A stretch of 62,630 nt of DNA, filler included. It is 12 parts of 12 records of this genome, joined end to end, with 100 filler letters (N's around TTAATTAATTAA, not from the genome) between each part and the next. Parts side by side here need not be neighbours in the genome. Positions count along the whole stretch, not along the records: positions 45,644 to 53,492 come from SRR7504441_10018; positions 53,593 to 56,746 come from SRR7504441_10020; positions 56,847 to 62,630 come from SRR7504441_10033; 9 more parts are not named here. One strand, written 5' to 3'. Position numbers and translations under genes: made by a program. Under the pieces are notes generated by a model that was given only the letters and a program-made list of their open reading frames with translations, was not told where the DNA came from and ran no database searches. Shown here one piece after another: positions 47,596 to 59,977 of this stretch. Each line of letters starts with the position of its first letter. Position 1 is the stretch's first letter.

Positions 47596-49017
47596 ATGCT
47601 GCGGGTGGTGCAGCGGGGCGCGGGGGCGCTGGTGGTGCGGCGGTGGGTGGCAGCCGGGCCGGGCGCGAGGGAGATCGAGGGCTTTGTGGTTGGCCAGTGC
47701 GCGATCCCGGCCGATGCGCCCAGCGGCAGTGCAATCGGGCGGATCCAGGCGGCAGAGCGGGCGGTGCGCCAGCTCGAGCGGAAGGGCCCGGTGGACCGCC
47801 CCACGCTCGGGCGGCTGAGGTACGCGATCGGGGCGGCCTATCTGCACCAGCCGCCGGGCGAGCTGCTCGAGGAGCCCGGGGGGGTCGCGGTGTGGCGGGA
47901 TCCGGCGAGCGGCCGGCACCTTTACGCTCCCGGCAAGCCGGTCGATCAGCCGGCCGAGGCGGCCAAGCAAGTAGCCCGGGAGATACAGCAGCTGCGCCGG
48001 GCCAACGCCCAGGCCCGGCGGGCTGGGGGCGAGGCGAGCAGCAGGCTGATCCAGCTGCCGGCCTACCCGGAGGCGGTGGATTGGCTAGAGCGGAGCGCCC
48101 AGGTGGCCGAGGACGGCAAAGCGCAGGTGCCCCGCCCCCGCCGGACCGCTGGACTGGGGGCAGGTGCTGCTCGGCTGTCTCTGGCTGCAGGGCTGGCCGG
48201 GCGAGCCGGCTCGACCTCAGAAGGCCGAGGAATGGCTTGAGGCAGCCGCTCTGACCGAGCCGCGAGGTGCCCCGCAACTGGCGCGACTAGAGCCGGCCGG
48301 CAGCGCTGGTGGTGCTCGGACTGGCCTATGCGGCCCGGGGCGAGCACGAGCGGGCGATCGGCTGGTTTAGGCAGGCTGGCGACCACCCTGATGCGCTGTA
48401 CCAGCTGGCACTGGCCGAGCCAGCAGGCGCCGAGCAGGCACTCCAGCAGGCCGCCGAGCTGGGCCAGCCTGAGGCGCTGCTGGCGCTGGCCGAGCAGGCC
48501 CGGGCCGCCGGGCGCAGCGAGCAGTTCCAGCAGCTGGTGCACCAAAGTGCCGAGCAGGGCCACCCGGAGGCCTGCTTTGCACTGGCAGATGCTTTGTTCC
48601 ACGGAAGCGACGGTAGCGAGCAAGACCAGAGGTGCCAGCCGGCCCGACCCCGACTGAGCGCTGGGCAGCGCGGCCCGCCGCTGGTATGAGCGGAGTGCCA
48701 GCCAGGGGCATCCGGAGGCGGCGTGCACTCTTGGGGCGATCCACTTTAACGGAATAGGAGTTCAGATCGATCACGCCAAGGTGCGCGCACCAGCCGCAGG
48801 CGCCGATTAGCCCGGGGCAGGCGTTCCGGTGGTATCTGCTGGCGGCCAAGCACGGCAGCGTGGAGGCGCTGAGCAGCATAGGGAGTATGTATTGGTCCGG
48901 TGCGCCCATAGCTTATGCTAAAGCCGAGCATCCGCAGGCGAAGGAGTGGCCCAAAACAAGGAGCTCGCGCTCACAATCTTGAAACGGCTCGAGGAGTTCT
49001 CAACTGACGACAAATGA
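47596..49017 (+). CDS. Sel1-repeat protein, probably mitochondrial
   Basis: MLRVVQRG... presequence. AAELGQPEA, SAEQGHPEACFALA, GHPEAACTLGAIHFNGIGVQIDHAK and AAKHGSVEA repeats across short introns. Confidence 0.82.
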
Positions 49018-49299
49018 CCACTTATGTTCAATATTTACATCATGTTTCAGTTGTTTCGTACATGTACATGTATGACATTGTGTTTCGAATACTCGTGACT
49101 AACGAGCGTCAACACAGCCACTGCCGCTACGCCATATAGCTACATCGGTCGTCATGTACACCGTTGGTAGAATCTGATAGATCTAGGTTACCACAAAGGT
49201 GGCCAGTGAGCACTGCACGTGTACAGCGTGCCCTCGTCCAGATTAATGCCACTTTATTGTAACTTTATTGAGTTTAGATTAAGTTTAGATACTTGTACT

Positions 49300-52200
49300 C
49301 TAGTAACTTAGATATTGCAAGATTTCTTCCAAATCTTGCTCGGAGCATAGCGCCTTAGCCATGACCTCTCTTTTAGATGAGCCCTCCAGGTGAACCAGCG
49401 AGGATATCAAATCGCCATCAATCATATCACGCCCGGGGCCAGCAGACTGTGCACTCCAGAATTGCTGATGCGACGCAGCTCCGAGAGGCTCAAAACTGGG
49501 GGCCTGTGCTAGCTGCAGCTGGATCTGAGCGAGTTTCTGGTACAGTCGGGCTGGGATCGCTACGACTTGCCCAACCGCACCGGAGGCGGTGACCAACACA
49601 GCACTCTTCTGCCCAGCGTGTTTGGTATGACACAAATCAGCTCCGCCTATTGTGCCCTCGCAAAAGCAAGTGACGCGATGCCCACAGTGGCACGCACACA
49701 CAAGCTCGATGGCCGCACCGCTGAGCGTCGATATTCCAACCAGGCCCTGGTGATCTGCCCAGACCAGTGAGCCGTGGCTTAGGTACTGCATGCTCGTGAG
49801 CACTAGATTGCGCGAGTCTCGAGCCACCACAACGAGTAATTTATCTTCCGGACGATATTCGTACACTGTCACTGAACGAAATGTTTCGGCAACAGCAAAG
49901 CGATTTGTGCCCGGTTCCACTGATGCAGTGAGTGCACAGCCATGGTTCGGGGTTGCTAATTCGGCTAGCTGGCGTAGCTCGCCATCCTCAATCCCGAAGA
50001 TCGTAACATTCTGATTCACCACCGCCCCCAAGACTCCACAGTCGAGCCATCCGAGTGCGTAGCAGCCCGCCTTTGGGAGCTCGACCGACGCCTTGAGCTC
50101 GAGCCTCCAGGTGTCTGCACCGTCCAGCGGCCCGAGCTGCGCCATCTCAAACACCGACACATAGCAGCACTGCGATCCGGTCTCCAGTCCATCAGACGGC
50201 AGGACAACGGATGCGATCCCGATCCTGCCGGATTCTGAGGCGGACAGCGCGGTGAGCTGATGGCCTGGCTCGAGCGCCAGCTCGCCGCACTGCGCGAGCG
50301 AGTCAAGCTGCAGGATGCGCAGCTTAGAGCCGACGGTCTGCGAATCTTGGGTCACTAGCAGCAGCTTGGCGGCCTGGGCGCGCTTCCAGTGCAGCAGATG
50401 CTTGGGCGTCTCGCCCAGCTGGACAGACTGCCAGCGGATTGCGAGCGTGTGGTCAATTGTGCCGCCGCGGAGCATTCCATCGCTGTGCAAGTAAGCCAAA
50501 ACTTGCTCCTGGTCCGAGTTTGTTCCAACCAGAACCACACTCAGCGCCCCGTCAAGTCCCTCCAACCGGCAACAGCTCATCCCGCCGGCACCTACCGTCA
50601 CTATTGCAGAGCGATCGCTGTGCGCAACCCAACGCAGCCCAGAGCCTTGGTCACTAGCGCCAAGATCACACAGTCTGACCTCTCGGTCGCCCACCTTGGC
50701 CAAGGCCACCTGCTCGAGCGAGTGGGTCGATTGGCGGTAATTGAGCAGAACGACCGACCCCTCGGCCAGACCGGCCACCAGCTGGAGCGAGTTGGCCAGC
50801 CTGAGCGACCTCGCCGGGGCCGTCTGCGCCAGCCTCAAGCTAGCGAGCAGCTCCCACTGCTCCGAAACCGCATAAAGCTGCACTTCCGGCGGGTCGTTGC
50901 CCTGGCTCCACACCTGTTGCGCAACCGTCAGATCCGGCCAGCAAGCTATGCACCCCGAGCGCGGCCGAGTCGCTGGACGAGGCGAGTGCTGAGATCGCCA
51001 GCCCGGCTTGCAGCTTTAGGCTGCTCCGGCAGGCCACCTTGCCCGGCGCCAGCTGCAGAGCCCAGACCGTGCAGGAGGCCGCCACCAGCAGCACGGGGGC
51101 GGACCACTCGGCCGTCAGCAGCGGTTCCGGGCTGGGCCACTGCCCGCTGAGCCGCCCGCCGAGCACAAGCCGCACGCTATCGGGCAGCACTTGCACGTAG
51201 CCCGACTGGCCGGCCAGCTGCACCTCAGCCGCAGCCACTGTCCAGCCGCCGGTGTGCAGCCCGGGCAAGTCGCCCTCGGAGGCGGCACCGTCTGCGGTGA
51301 GTCGGAGCTGCTGAGTGCGGGCCGCTGTCCGGTGAGTCATCACGAGCGTGTCGGCCAGCCAGATCAGCTGCGGCCGCCCAAGCTGCTCCACCTCCAGCTC
51401 AAAGCTGATCAACAGCTCAGCCGCCATCACTCCGCGCCGGAGCGAGCCCTGCCTGCCGTGCCCGCAGCAGCAGACCAGTTGCTGCCCGCCGTCCGCGAAG
51501 CAGTCGACCAGCGCCGCCTGGTGGATCGGGGCCACGTTCATGACAAACGCAGGATCAAGAACCTCCAGCTCGGCCGGCCGCACCTCCAGTCGGGCCAGCA
51601 CCGAGTGCCCGGAGGCGCAGCCCACCAGCAGCATCCGTTGGCATAGCGGCACCAGCTGGCGCGGCTCGCCCAAGGTGGGCCCGACTGCTCTCACCAGCTC
51701 GATCCGGTCGAGGCTCACCGACCCGATCAGCGCCTGCCCGGACATCGTGAGCAGCACGCACTGGACCGGCCCGCCCGGCGCCCGCTCGAGCGCGCAGGCC
51801 CGGACCACTCGCTCCGGGCAGCTGATCTGGGCGCGGCGGCCATCGGCATCGTACAGTGCTAGCAGTTGGTCGGACACACAGAGCACAGACGAGCCGGTCG
51901 GGCCTGGGAGCAGCTGCGAGCTGGAGCGGTGCGCCTGCCTGACCCACCAGGGGCCCGGCTCTATCGCGCCGGAGCCAAACTCGAACAGCACGCACTGGAG
52001 GTGGACCAGCCCAGGCTCAGAGGCGTCCTCGTACAGCACAGCCACATGGCTCTCGCCGGTCCAAAGCAAGTCGGCCGCGCTGGCCGGGGCGGACACGAAC
52101 AGCATGTCCCGCACCAGGCAGTCCGAGCCCTGCCGGCCGCACCCGAACGGCCAGAGCATCAGCTGCTGCTCCACCTCGATCTTGCCGGCCGGGCCCCGCC

Positions 52201-52669
52201 GGAAGCTCAGCCCGTTGAACAGCCCGTCCCAAGCGCACACGAGCACCCGCCCGAACTCGTCCTCCCCACGCATCTCCACGATCCCGGCCGCCCCCTCCGC
52301 CCGCTCGGCCCGGAGCGCTGCGTCCGGGTGGGCCGCCCCGTGCGCCGGGTGCAACTCGCCGGCCGCTGCCCGCCGGAATCGGAAGCTCGGCTGGTCCCAC
52401 TGGAGCAGGGCCCAGCTGTGCTCGGCCGTGGTGAGGAAGAGCAGGTGCCGGCCGGTCAGCTGCTCCGGCACCGCCAGGCAGAGCTCGAGCTGCCCGAGCA
52501 CCGCCGACGAGTGCTTGAACCCCATCCGGTCGCCCTCCGGCTGCCAAAGCTCGACCGACGAGCTCCGGGCCAGCACCAGCTCCCCCCCGCCCGCCCCCGT
52601 GAAGCTGCCGGTCACCCCGCAGCTCACCGACGAAGCCGCGTGCAGCGTTCGCAGCACACTTGCCTCCAT
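49300..52669 (-). CDS. DDB1/SF3B3/CPSF160-family beta-propeller protein (divergent DDB1-like)
   Basis: GSFTG...ELVLARSSSVELW, NVAPI...QLVCCCGHGRQGSLR, AETFRSVTVY, VVARD and MIDGDLI. One intron near 50910-50950. Confidence 0.85.
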
Positions 52670-52799
52670 CGAACAGCGCTCCCCTAGTAGGGCCCCTGTG
52701 CTCCAATTTCGCTTCGAGCTTTCCGCACTTGCCCCGCCCGGCCGTTGCGGGGAGGGGCACCTTGGCGCCAGTGGTTGTAGCGACGGGACGGACCGTAGG

Positions 52800-53492
52800 A
52801 TGGAGCCGCTGGTGGCGCCGCGGTCGGTCTCGCTCAGCCCGAGCTGCACCCAGCTCAGTTCGATGGTGGCGGAGCTCCGACTGGCCCAGATCCAGCTGAG
52901 AGGCCAAGGCTCGCGCTCGACCAGCCCCACCGCACACCGGCTGCCCGACCCGGGCCCGATCGAGTCAACAGAGCCGCCAACCCAGCTGCAGCCGGCCCAG
53001 CTGGTGGCGGCCACCGAGGGGCTGGAGCGGGCAGCCAAGCAGCTGCTGGACTGCGGGCTGCTGGCCGAGGCCGGCGAGATGGAGCGGCTCTGGTGGCAGC
53101 TGAGCGCGATGGCCAAGGAGGGGTCGGTGTCGGCCGAGCAGCTGGCCGCGGTCGAGCTCAAGCTGGTCCGGATGGCCAAGCAGATGGACGGCCCGCCGGC
53201 CGAGCAGATCGCGGGCGAGGTGCGGGCGGTGGCCCGGCAGCTGGGCGAGCTGCTCGAGCAGACCGAGGGCCGGCTGGCCGAACAGATCCACAAGGCCGGG
53301 CTGGGCGAGCCGCAGCTCCGGCTGGTGCTTAGCTCACTCCGGCAGGTGCTGGCTGCGCTCTCAAGGGGCGAGCTCGGGCTGCGGATCCAGATCTGGCGCG
53401 ACAGCAAGCGAGAGGCCAAGCAAGCGGCCAGGGACGCCGCCAATGCGCTCGAGCTGCTGGCCAAGGACTCGCGCTCCGGGCTCCGGATGCTC
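52800..53492 (+). CDS. Hypothetical helical protein, 3' partial
   Basis: Open from the ATG at 52800 to the contig end, with coding-like codon bias. Confidence 0.55.
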
Positions 53493-53592
53493 NNNNNNNN
53501 NNNNNNNNNNNNNNNNNNNNNNNNNNNNNNNNNNNNTTAATTAATTAANNNNNNNNNNNNNNNNNNNNNNNNNNNNNNNNNNNNNNNNNNNN

Positions 53593-54491
53593 AAGAGATC
53601 AGCCAGTGCAGCAACAGCCAAGTGGATGTGGACTTGGAGCCGCAGCTTCTGCTCAAGCAGTATCAAGATCAGCTTGCCCGCGACCGCGAGATGCTGATGG
53701 TACTCAAAACGAGGCATCTGCAGCTTGAGAACGACACCCACCGGGCACGAGCAGAATGGGAGAAGTGGACAGAGAGCATCAATACAGCGGATGATGTTCT
53801 GTATTGGCATGACGAGTGCAGCGACAACAACCTTTTCTTCTCGCCGAGCAAAGTGTTTGAATATAAAGGAATCCCGTTCACAGCAGCCAAAGCCATCTCG
53901 TCAGGCCAAGGCACCGACTCATTTGTGGAAGAGCAGTCCGCCCCTGCAGAAGGTACGTACAAAGTCAAATATCAAGTGACTGATCGGGTCCGGTTTCTCA
54001 ACTTCATTCCTTACCGACCGCACGCGGCAAGCGCCCGTGTCGAGATCTGGGTGAAGGCAAAGAGCGCCCCAAGTGCTGTGAGAGATACCGAGATCAAAAA
54101 GTCAAAGCTCGCTAACGTGGAGCAGCAGCTTGCCGATATACAAAAGAAACACCAGACGCAAGTGGAGAATGTGAGACGGCTCGAGAACGCGGAGTCGAGG
54201 CAGCAGGAGCAGATTGCAACGTACCAAGCCCAGAAAGACGCCCTCAGGCAGAGCATTGTGGCCATGCAGGATCAGAAGCAGCAGCTCGGAGCGATGCTCA
54301 AAACCAACAAAGAGGAGCTGGCCAGTGTTTGCCTGAAGATCAAGCAAATAGAAGGAGACGTCCAGTTGTCTGCGCATTTGGCCGGTCTGTGTATCCGTCA
54401 AAATGACCAGGCACACAGCAACTGGCAGGAGCCAAACTCGCACTTGCAAGAGTTGTGGACTGCTTTTTCGGCAGCAGCAGCAAGTCAGTGA
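53593..54491 (+). CDS. Hypothetical coiled-coil protein with a central beta-rich insert, 5' partial
   Basis: Long ORF with heptads flanking GTYKVKY...VEIWVK, followed by an AT-rich spacer. Confidence 0.65.
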
Positions 54492-54823
54492 TCGATTCCT
54501 TGAATGAAGTCATGAGAATTCTAGTATGCATGTCTACGTATAGCTACATGTACATGTCTATTGTTAACGTCGGATTTCTTGAACTCTATACATGTAGCAA
54601 CTGTTTTTATACTCTTTTCTATATAAGTTTGCCTAATCGTTGTAGTCGTAACCTTGGTCTACATACTCGTATAATTATAGAACACTGGAGCCTTGCCGAA
54701 TCGCTTGCAAACAAAAGTTTGCCATGGCGAGGCCCAGCATCGCGCCGGCTATAATAATGGTCTAAACTCGATCTATCTACACGCCAACCCTCAGCCCAAT
54801 GCGGCTGGCCTGCAGCATCCGGA

Positions 54824-56698
54824 TCAGTCGTTCATTGTCTGGATCCTCTTGAGGCTCCGCGGAGTCGCGACATCATTTCCGTATTTGATGTTCAGTTGAT
54901 CGATTCGGATCTCACACTTGGCGGAATCCGAAGTCGCAGCGCAGATCCCGACACTCACCACCTCAGGGATCAACCCGGGCGGCAGCGGGAGCGCCGCTTG
55001 GCAGCTCTCAGTCCGGCGGAGCTCGAGGCAAGGCTGGCCGCCGATGCAGAAAAATACCTCGCCATGCGTCTGATCGGTCACATTAAAGCTAACTAAAATG
55101 TCCCGCCACTCTCCTCCGGTGAGCAGCTCAGACCGCTGCACTTGCTTGCTTTGAAACACCTGCACGCCGGTCACTCGGGTGTGCTTAATGCCGGAACCTC
55201 GCTATTTTCTCCCTTGTGGTCTCCTCCGCTTACCACGGCCACAGAGTTCGGCTCGCCTGTGATGCTACCGGCGATGTCTATGACGCAACCCACCACTGCA
55301 CCGGCCTTGCCCTGAAACCCAGCAGCGCCTTCGCCGTCAAAATCCTGTCGGTTACAGTCAGCTTCCGTTGAATTCGGCCAGCCACCTCGTCCCAGCCAGC
55401 AACCTTTGGGTCGCACAAGTATATGACAAATCCCTCACCGGGGTCTGCTGAGTCGCTGGAGCTTTTGGTCATGTACTTGAGGCTGATCTCTACCCGCTGG
55501 GCCTCAGTCGCGAACGGCACCCGGCACAGCATGTGGCCCTCCTGATCGTACGCGTTCTTGCAAAGACGGAACCCGTCGCCACCTGAGTTAACATATAAGC
55601 GCTGCCTATTTAGGAAGGTGTCTTAACCGGTCCGGTCGCCAAAAGCACAGTCGCCGCCGCACCGGAAGTGCTCGCTGACGTCGTAATAGTCAAGCAAGTT
55701 CTGCAGGTACTCGCGCATCTTGGCTGTGCCGTTATATTCCGTTAGATTCCGTTTACGACCGCGGACCGACCTGCGGTGTCCAGTTTCCCTTTGAGGCAAA
55801 AGTATCTCATCACTTCTATGAATTCATGCTTCTCGATCTTGCCGCTCTCGTTGCTGTCCACCTTGGCGTACCACTCGGCCGCCTCCTCCTCTGTCAGTCC
55901 GTAGATCTCTTCGTCATCCCCGATCTCTCGCGTCCCAGCCAGTAAGGTCACCAGCAGCCGCCGGAAATAATCGTTAAACTCCGTAAAGCTGAGCGGCGCG
56001 TCGTCCCCCCCGCTGCCCCCGCGGTCAGCCGGTCAGCCCGGCAGAATCTCGGTTACGCGTCCTTGAAGGCTTGGTCGCACTGCACTTTGAACTCGTCGGT
56101 TTCCAGAAACTTGAAAACCTTCTCCACTTGCTTTTGCCCGCGCAGCCCTGCCCCCGCACTCCCCCCCCCCTCCGGCCAGATGGGCACCCTTGGTCCCGAA
56201 CTCTTCATACATCTGCTTGTACACCAGCCGTGTCTCCGCCTCCACCCGCTCGGCCGCCGTGGCCACCTGCTCCGGCATCGCCCGCGCCGCCGCCCGCGGC
56301 CGGACCTCGTTGGCGTCCACGTTGTACGCCGGCCCGTCCTTGCTCTGGCCCTGCACCCGGCTCGGCCCAGCCAGTCGCCCGGCCCACGCACGCAGAGCGC
56401 AGCACCCATCTCTGCTGTCAGTCAGTCTCCGGCCCCCGCCCGCCGTTGCCGCCCGCAGCTTGCCAACGGCCAACGGCAGCAGACCGCTGAACGAGGCAGC
56501 GAGCATGGGGGTGCGGCGAGCACCGGGCGGCGGGCGAGGCTGCGGTGCAGGTGCGCGATCAGCCCAACCTGGTGACTGTCTCCTGGTGGAAATCCATCCG
56601 CGGCACGGTCTGTGTCTGCCCGGCCGCAGCCGCGGACTGAGGGGCCAGCTGATTCTGCTCTTCTTCAACGGCTTCAAGTTCACCTGCTCCTCCGCCAT
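54824..56698 (-). CDS. EF-hand protein with C-terminal L-lectin/ConA-like domain
   Basis: VDSNESGKIEKHEF EF loop and LSFTEF, then GFRLCKNAYDQEGHM...PF and GEGFVIYL. Many short introns. The 5' structure is uncertain. Confidence 0.62.
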
Positions 56699-56846
56699 GT
56701 ACTCGGCGCTCACCATCAGTACCCCCCCCCCCCCCCCCCCCCCCCCNNNNNNNNNNNNNNNNNNNNNNNNNNNNNNNNNNNNNNNNNNNNTTAATTAATT
56801 AANNNNNNNNNNNNNNNNNNNNNNNNNNNNNNNNNNNNNNNNNNNN

Positions 56847-58189
56847 GGGCGGCACCGAGGGCGGTACCGAGGGCGGTACCGAGGGCGGTGGGGGAGAGTG
56901 ATGGGCCGCAGCCGGTGCACATCCCGGCCTACAGCAAACCCCAGCCAGCACTCCGCCTCAGTCGTCCCCAGCCGGCCGCACCCTCCCCTCCAGTCCGACC
57001 GAATTCGATCCCGGTGCTCCCGCCCCTCCCAGCTAGCCAGCGCCACCCGGCCCGGCCTGCCCGGCCCGCTGACCGGCCCCCGCCCGAACCGGTGCACTCC
57101 GGCGGTTCGCAGGTCGAGTCGACGGTGCCGGCCGAGCTCAAGCAGCAGCTGAGGCGGGAAGCGGAGGCCAGCGCCGTCTGGCAGCGGGCGGAGCAGACGG
57201 AGAGCCGGAGCCCGGCAGCGCCCGAACCCGTGTGTGAGCCGGAGGCGCTCGTTGGCAGCCAGATTGGACTCGGGCGGGCAGCGATCGACCCGCCGGGCAC
57301 CGAGCTGGTTGAGGCCTGCATAGCCGGCCAGCTGGGCGATATCCGGCGGCTAGCAGAGCGCGGACTGGAGCTGCAGGATAGCGCTGGGCACACGGCGCTC
57401 TACTGGGCTGCGGCCTCCAACCAGCCCGCGGCGGTCAGGCTGCTGGTAGAGCTGGGGGGCGACCCTAACGGCGGCCGGGTGAGCGCGCTCGGCGCGGCGG
57501 CGGCCGGGGGCTGGTTGGAGGTGGCCGGTGTGTTGCTGCGCGCGCCGGGCATCAGGGCGAACGAGCTGGACGAGCACGGGCGAACGGCGCTGATGGCGGC
57601 GGTGGAGCGGGCAGACCTGCGGATGGTGGAGCTGCTGCTCCCGGCAAGCGACCCGAGCTGCCGCGGACCGGACGGCCGGACCGCTCTGGGGCTGGCTCGG
57701 GCTGGGGTGGCGGATGGGCAGCTGCGAGCAAAGTTTGAGCGGATGGTGCAGCTGTTCGAGGCGCTGCCGCACGACTATATGCTCAAACTGCCGGGCGCGT
57801 CGGTTGGTCTGAACACCAGCCAGCCACGGGATGCGGCCTGCGTGCAGGTGGGCAAGCCGCTGCAGGCGACTGCCGAGCCGGTGCAGCCAAGCAAGCCGGC
57901 GCCCAATCCACAGGCGCCGACCAGACTGCCCGACCAAGAGGGCCAAACCAAGGCAGGCTTCGCACCGAAGCTGAGGCGGGCGCTGATGGAAATGTTCGAC
58001 CAAGAGGATCAAGATGAGACTGGTTTTGCACCAAGGCTGGGGGTGTGCCGCCGAATAGACACGCTAGCAGCAAGATACCCCGGGCTGCGGCAGCTGTCGG
58101 AGAGTCTGCAAGCCATGGATGCAATCATCATGGACCGTGAAGACTTTGAGCAGATGGTAGCAGAATGGTTTGCCTCATTGACCCATTGA
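56847..58189 (+). CDS. Ankyrin-repeat protein, 5' partial
   Basis: GHTALYWAA, SALGAAA, GRTALMAAV and GRTALGLA repeats, a Pro-rich N-terminus and a degenerate EF-like C-terminus. Confidence 0.88.
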
Positions 58190-58577
58190 ACATTTGATTA
58201 GTCCGAGCTGAGTCAGTCCCTGAGTAAGCATGAGTAAGCCCGAGGTTACAATGTCCAAGGAACCTTGGTCGGTTAACTAGAAGTCGGTGACAATGCACTT
58301 TCACCGTACGTGTGATCCACAATAGATCTATATGCATTCGAATTCATTGTTGTTAATAATTATTGTTGTCTACTAGTACTCGTACTAAGTAGATTCACTA
58401 CCCGCCGGCACTGACCGCAATGTCCTATCGACGTAAGCTATTCATTACAGTAACATAGCACCTCACGATCACGACGACGCGATCGATCAATTGATCAACA
58501 TCAGATCAACATAGTTTGAGCAACGGAACTTGCAAGCCCGAATGACCATTCGGTGTTACGCTACACATGATCTGTCA

Positions 58578-59828
58578 CTAGTGCGCGTTTGCCGAGAGTG
58601 TGGCCGCGTGCATCAGGCCAGCCAGGTCCTTCGGCTGCCGCTCCAGCCGGTGCTCCGACCGGACCCGCTCCTCTAGCGGCCGCTTTTCCTTGTCTGAGCC
58701 GTCCAGGTTGTATTGGTCCATCATTCGCGAGAGCCCCCAGAAGTTGCCCAGTCCACACCCGGGCCTCCCGTCCTCCGGATCCTGCCCACGCTCAGCTGGT
58801 TGGTCGGCCGGGGCTGCACGCTGTACAGGATGAACTGGAGCAGGTGCTTGTGCTTGCTGAACCCGTCGAGGTCCTTGAGCTCGTCGGCTTTCTCAAAGCT
58901 GAGCAGCAAGCCGGCCCCGGGCTCCTTCTCGCCCAGCTGGTACGAGCTCACCTGCCCCCAACTCGGGCTCACCCGGCCCAACCAGTCGCCTGGTCCATCG
59001 GCGGGCAGGATAGCTCTTGGAGCAGCTCGTTACCTGCTAGTCTGATCGCCTCCACGATGCACACACTGGTCGCCCTGCCCGCCCTCCTGCCCAGCCAGGG
59101 AGCTGCCAGCCACCAAAACTCGACCAACATCACCACCGTTGCCGGCTCCTCGTGGCTCCCGGCTCCGCCCGGTGCGAACCTCGGGTCGCTCGGGTCTGCT
59201 GGCACTGCTACAAAGCACTGCACCTGCCCCCAGGGCTCGCGCCCGCCCGCTCGCCACCTGCCTTGAGCATCCCCTCGCGGGCTGACAGACTCCGGGGCGC
59301 CCCCTCCGGCGCATGCACCGGCTCGGCCGCCCCCGGCAGCTTGTTTGCCAGCTCTGGCTGCCCGTCCTCTGCCCCGGTGTAGACCAGCACAGCGTGCCGC
59401 CCGCTGCCCCCCATTCGGCCTTCCCCATCAGCGGGCTGCCTGGCGTCCACCACCCGGCCAACAGACTCGAGCGTCCGGTGCAGCCCCGGCTGCTCCGGCT
59501 CGGTCCAGCCCGCCACCGCCACCCGGATCCCCTCGTCCCCCAAGACCGCAGACTCTGGCGGCCAGTTGGCATGCCGCTGCCCGATTTCAATCGCCTGCCG
59601 CCAGTCGGGCGCCGGTTGGGCCGGGGGGCACGGTCGGGATGAAGCCGATCAGGAGCATGCTCGGGTCGCACTGACAGCGCTGAACAGTGTGGCCAGGCCC
59701 GCCGCGGATCGGCACGTACAAGTCGACCTCGATCAGCTCCTGGGGAGCGCTGAGCCGCCGACCTGCCGCACGGCCACCTGCTCCACCAGAATTGGCCCGC
59801 TGTCCTGTTGCGACTCGGCGCAGCCCAT
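58578..59828 (-). CDS. Hypothetical protein with MGCxxS acylation motif
   Basis: Starts MGCAES. Exons are joined by about 7 short introns, including GC-AG 59224-59261. Confidence 0.55.
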
Positions 59829-59977
59829 CACGCCGCCTGCCCAGCACTCAGCGCTGGGGCTGGGCCCGCCTTGCCTCTGCTGCTCTTGTCCACAGTTTGC
59901 CACACCTGCAGATTTGGCGGTTGGCTCAGCCACTGGCAGCTGACTGGAAATTTCGCTTCAAACTCGCGTGGGGCATC

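Noticed and set aside
51348-52799. Long antisense ORFs (e.g. the 5' part of 51348-53540 +, and similar ones elsewhere) as overlapping genes
   Set aside because: They are codon-register shadows of GC-rich genes on the other strand, giving S/R/P/A-rich sequence with no motifs.
56722-56746. Poly-C run
   Set aside because: It sits at a contig end, typical of an assembly break; its length is unreliable.
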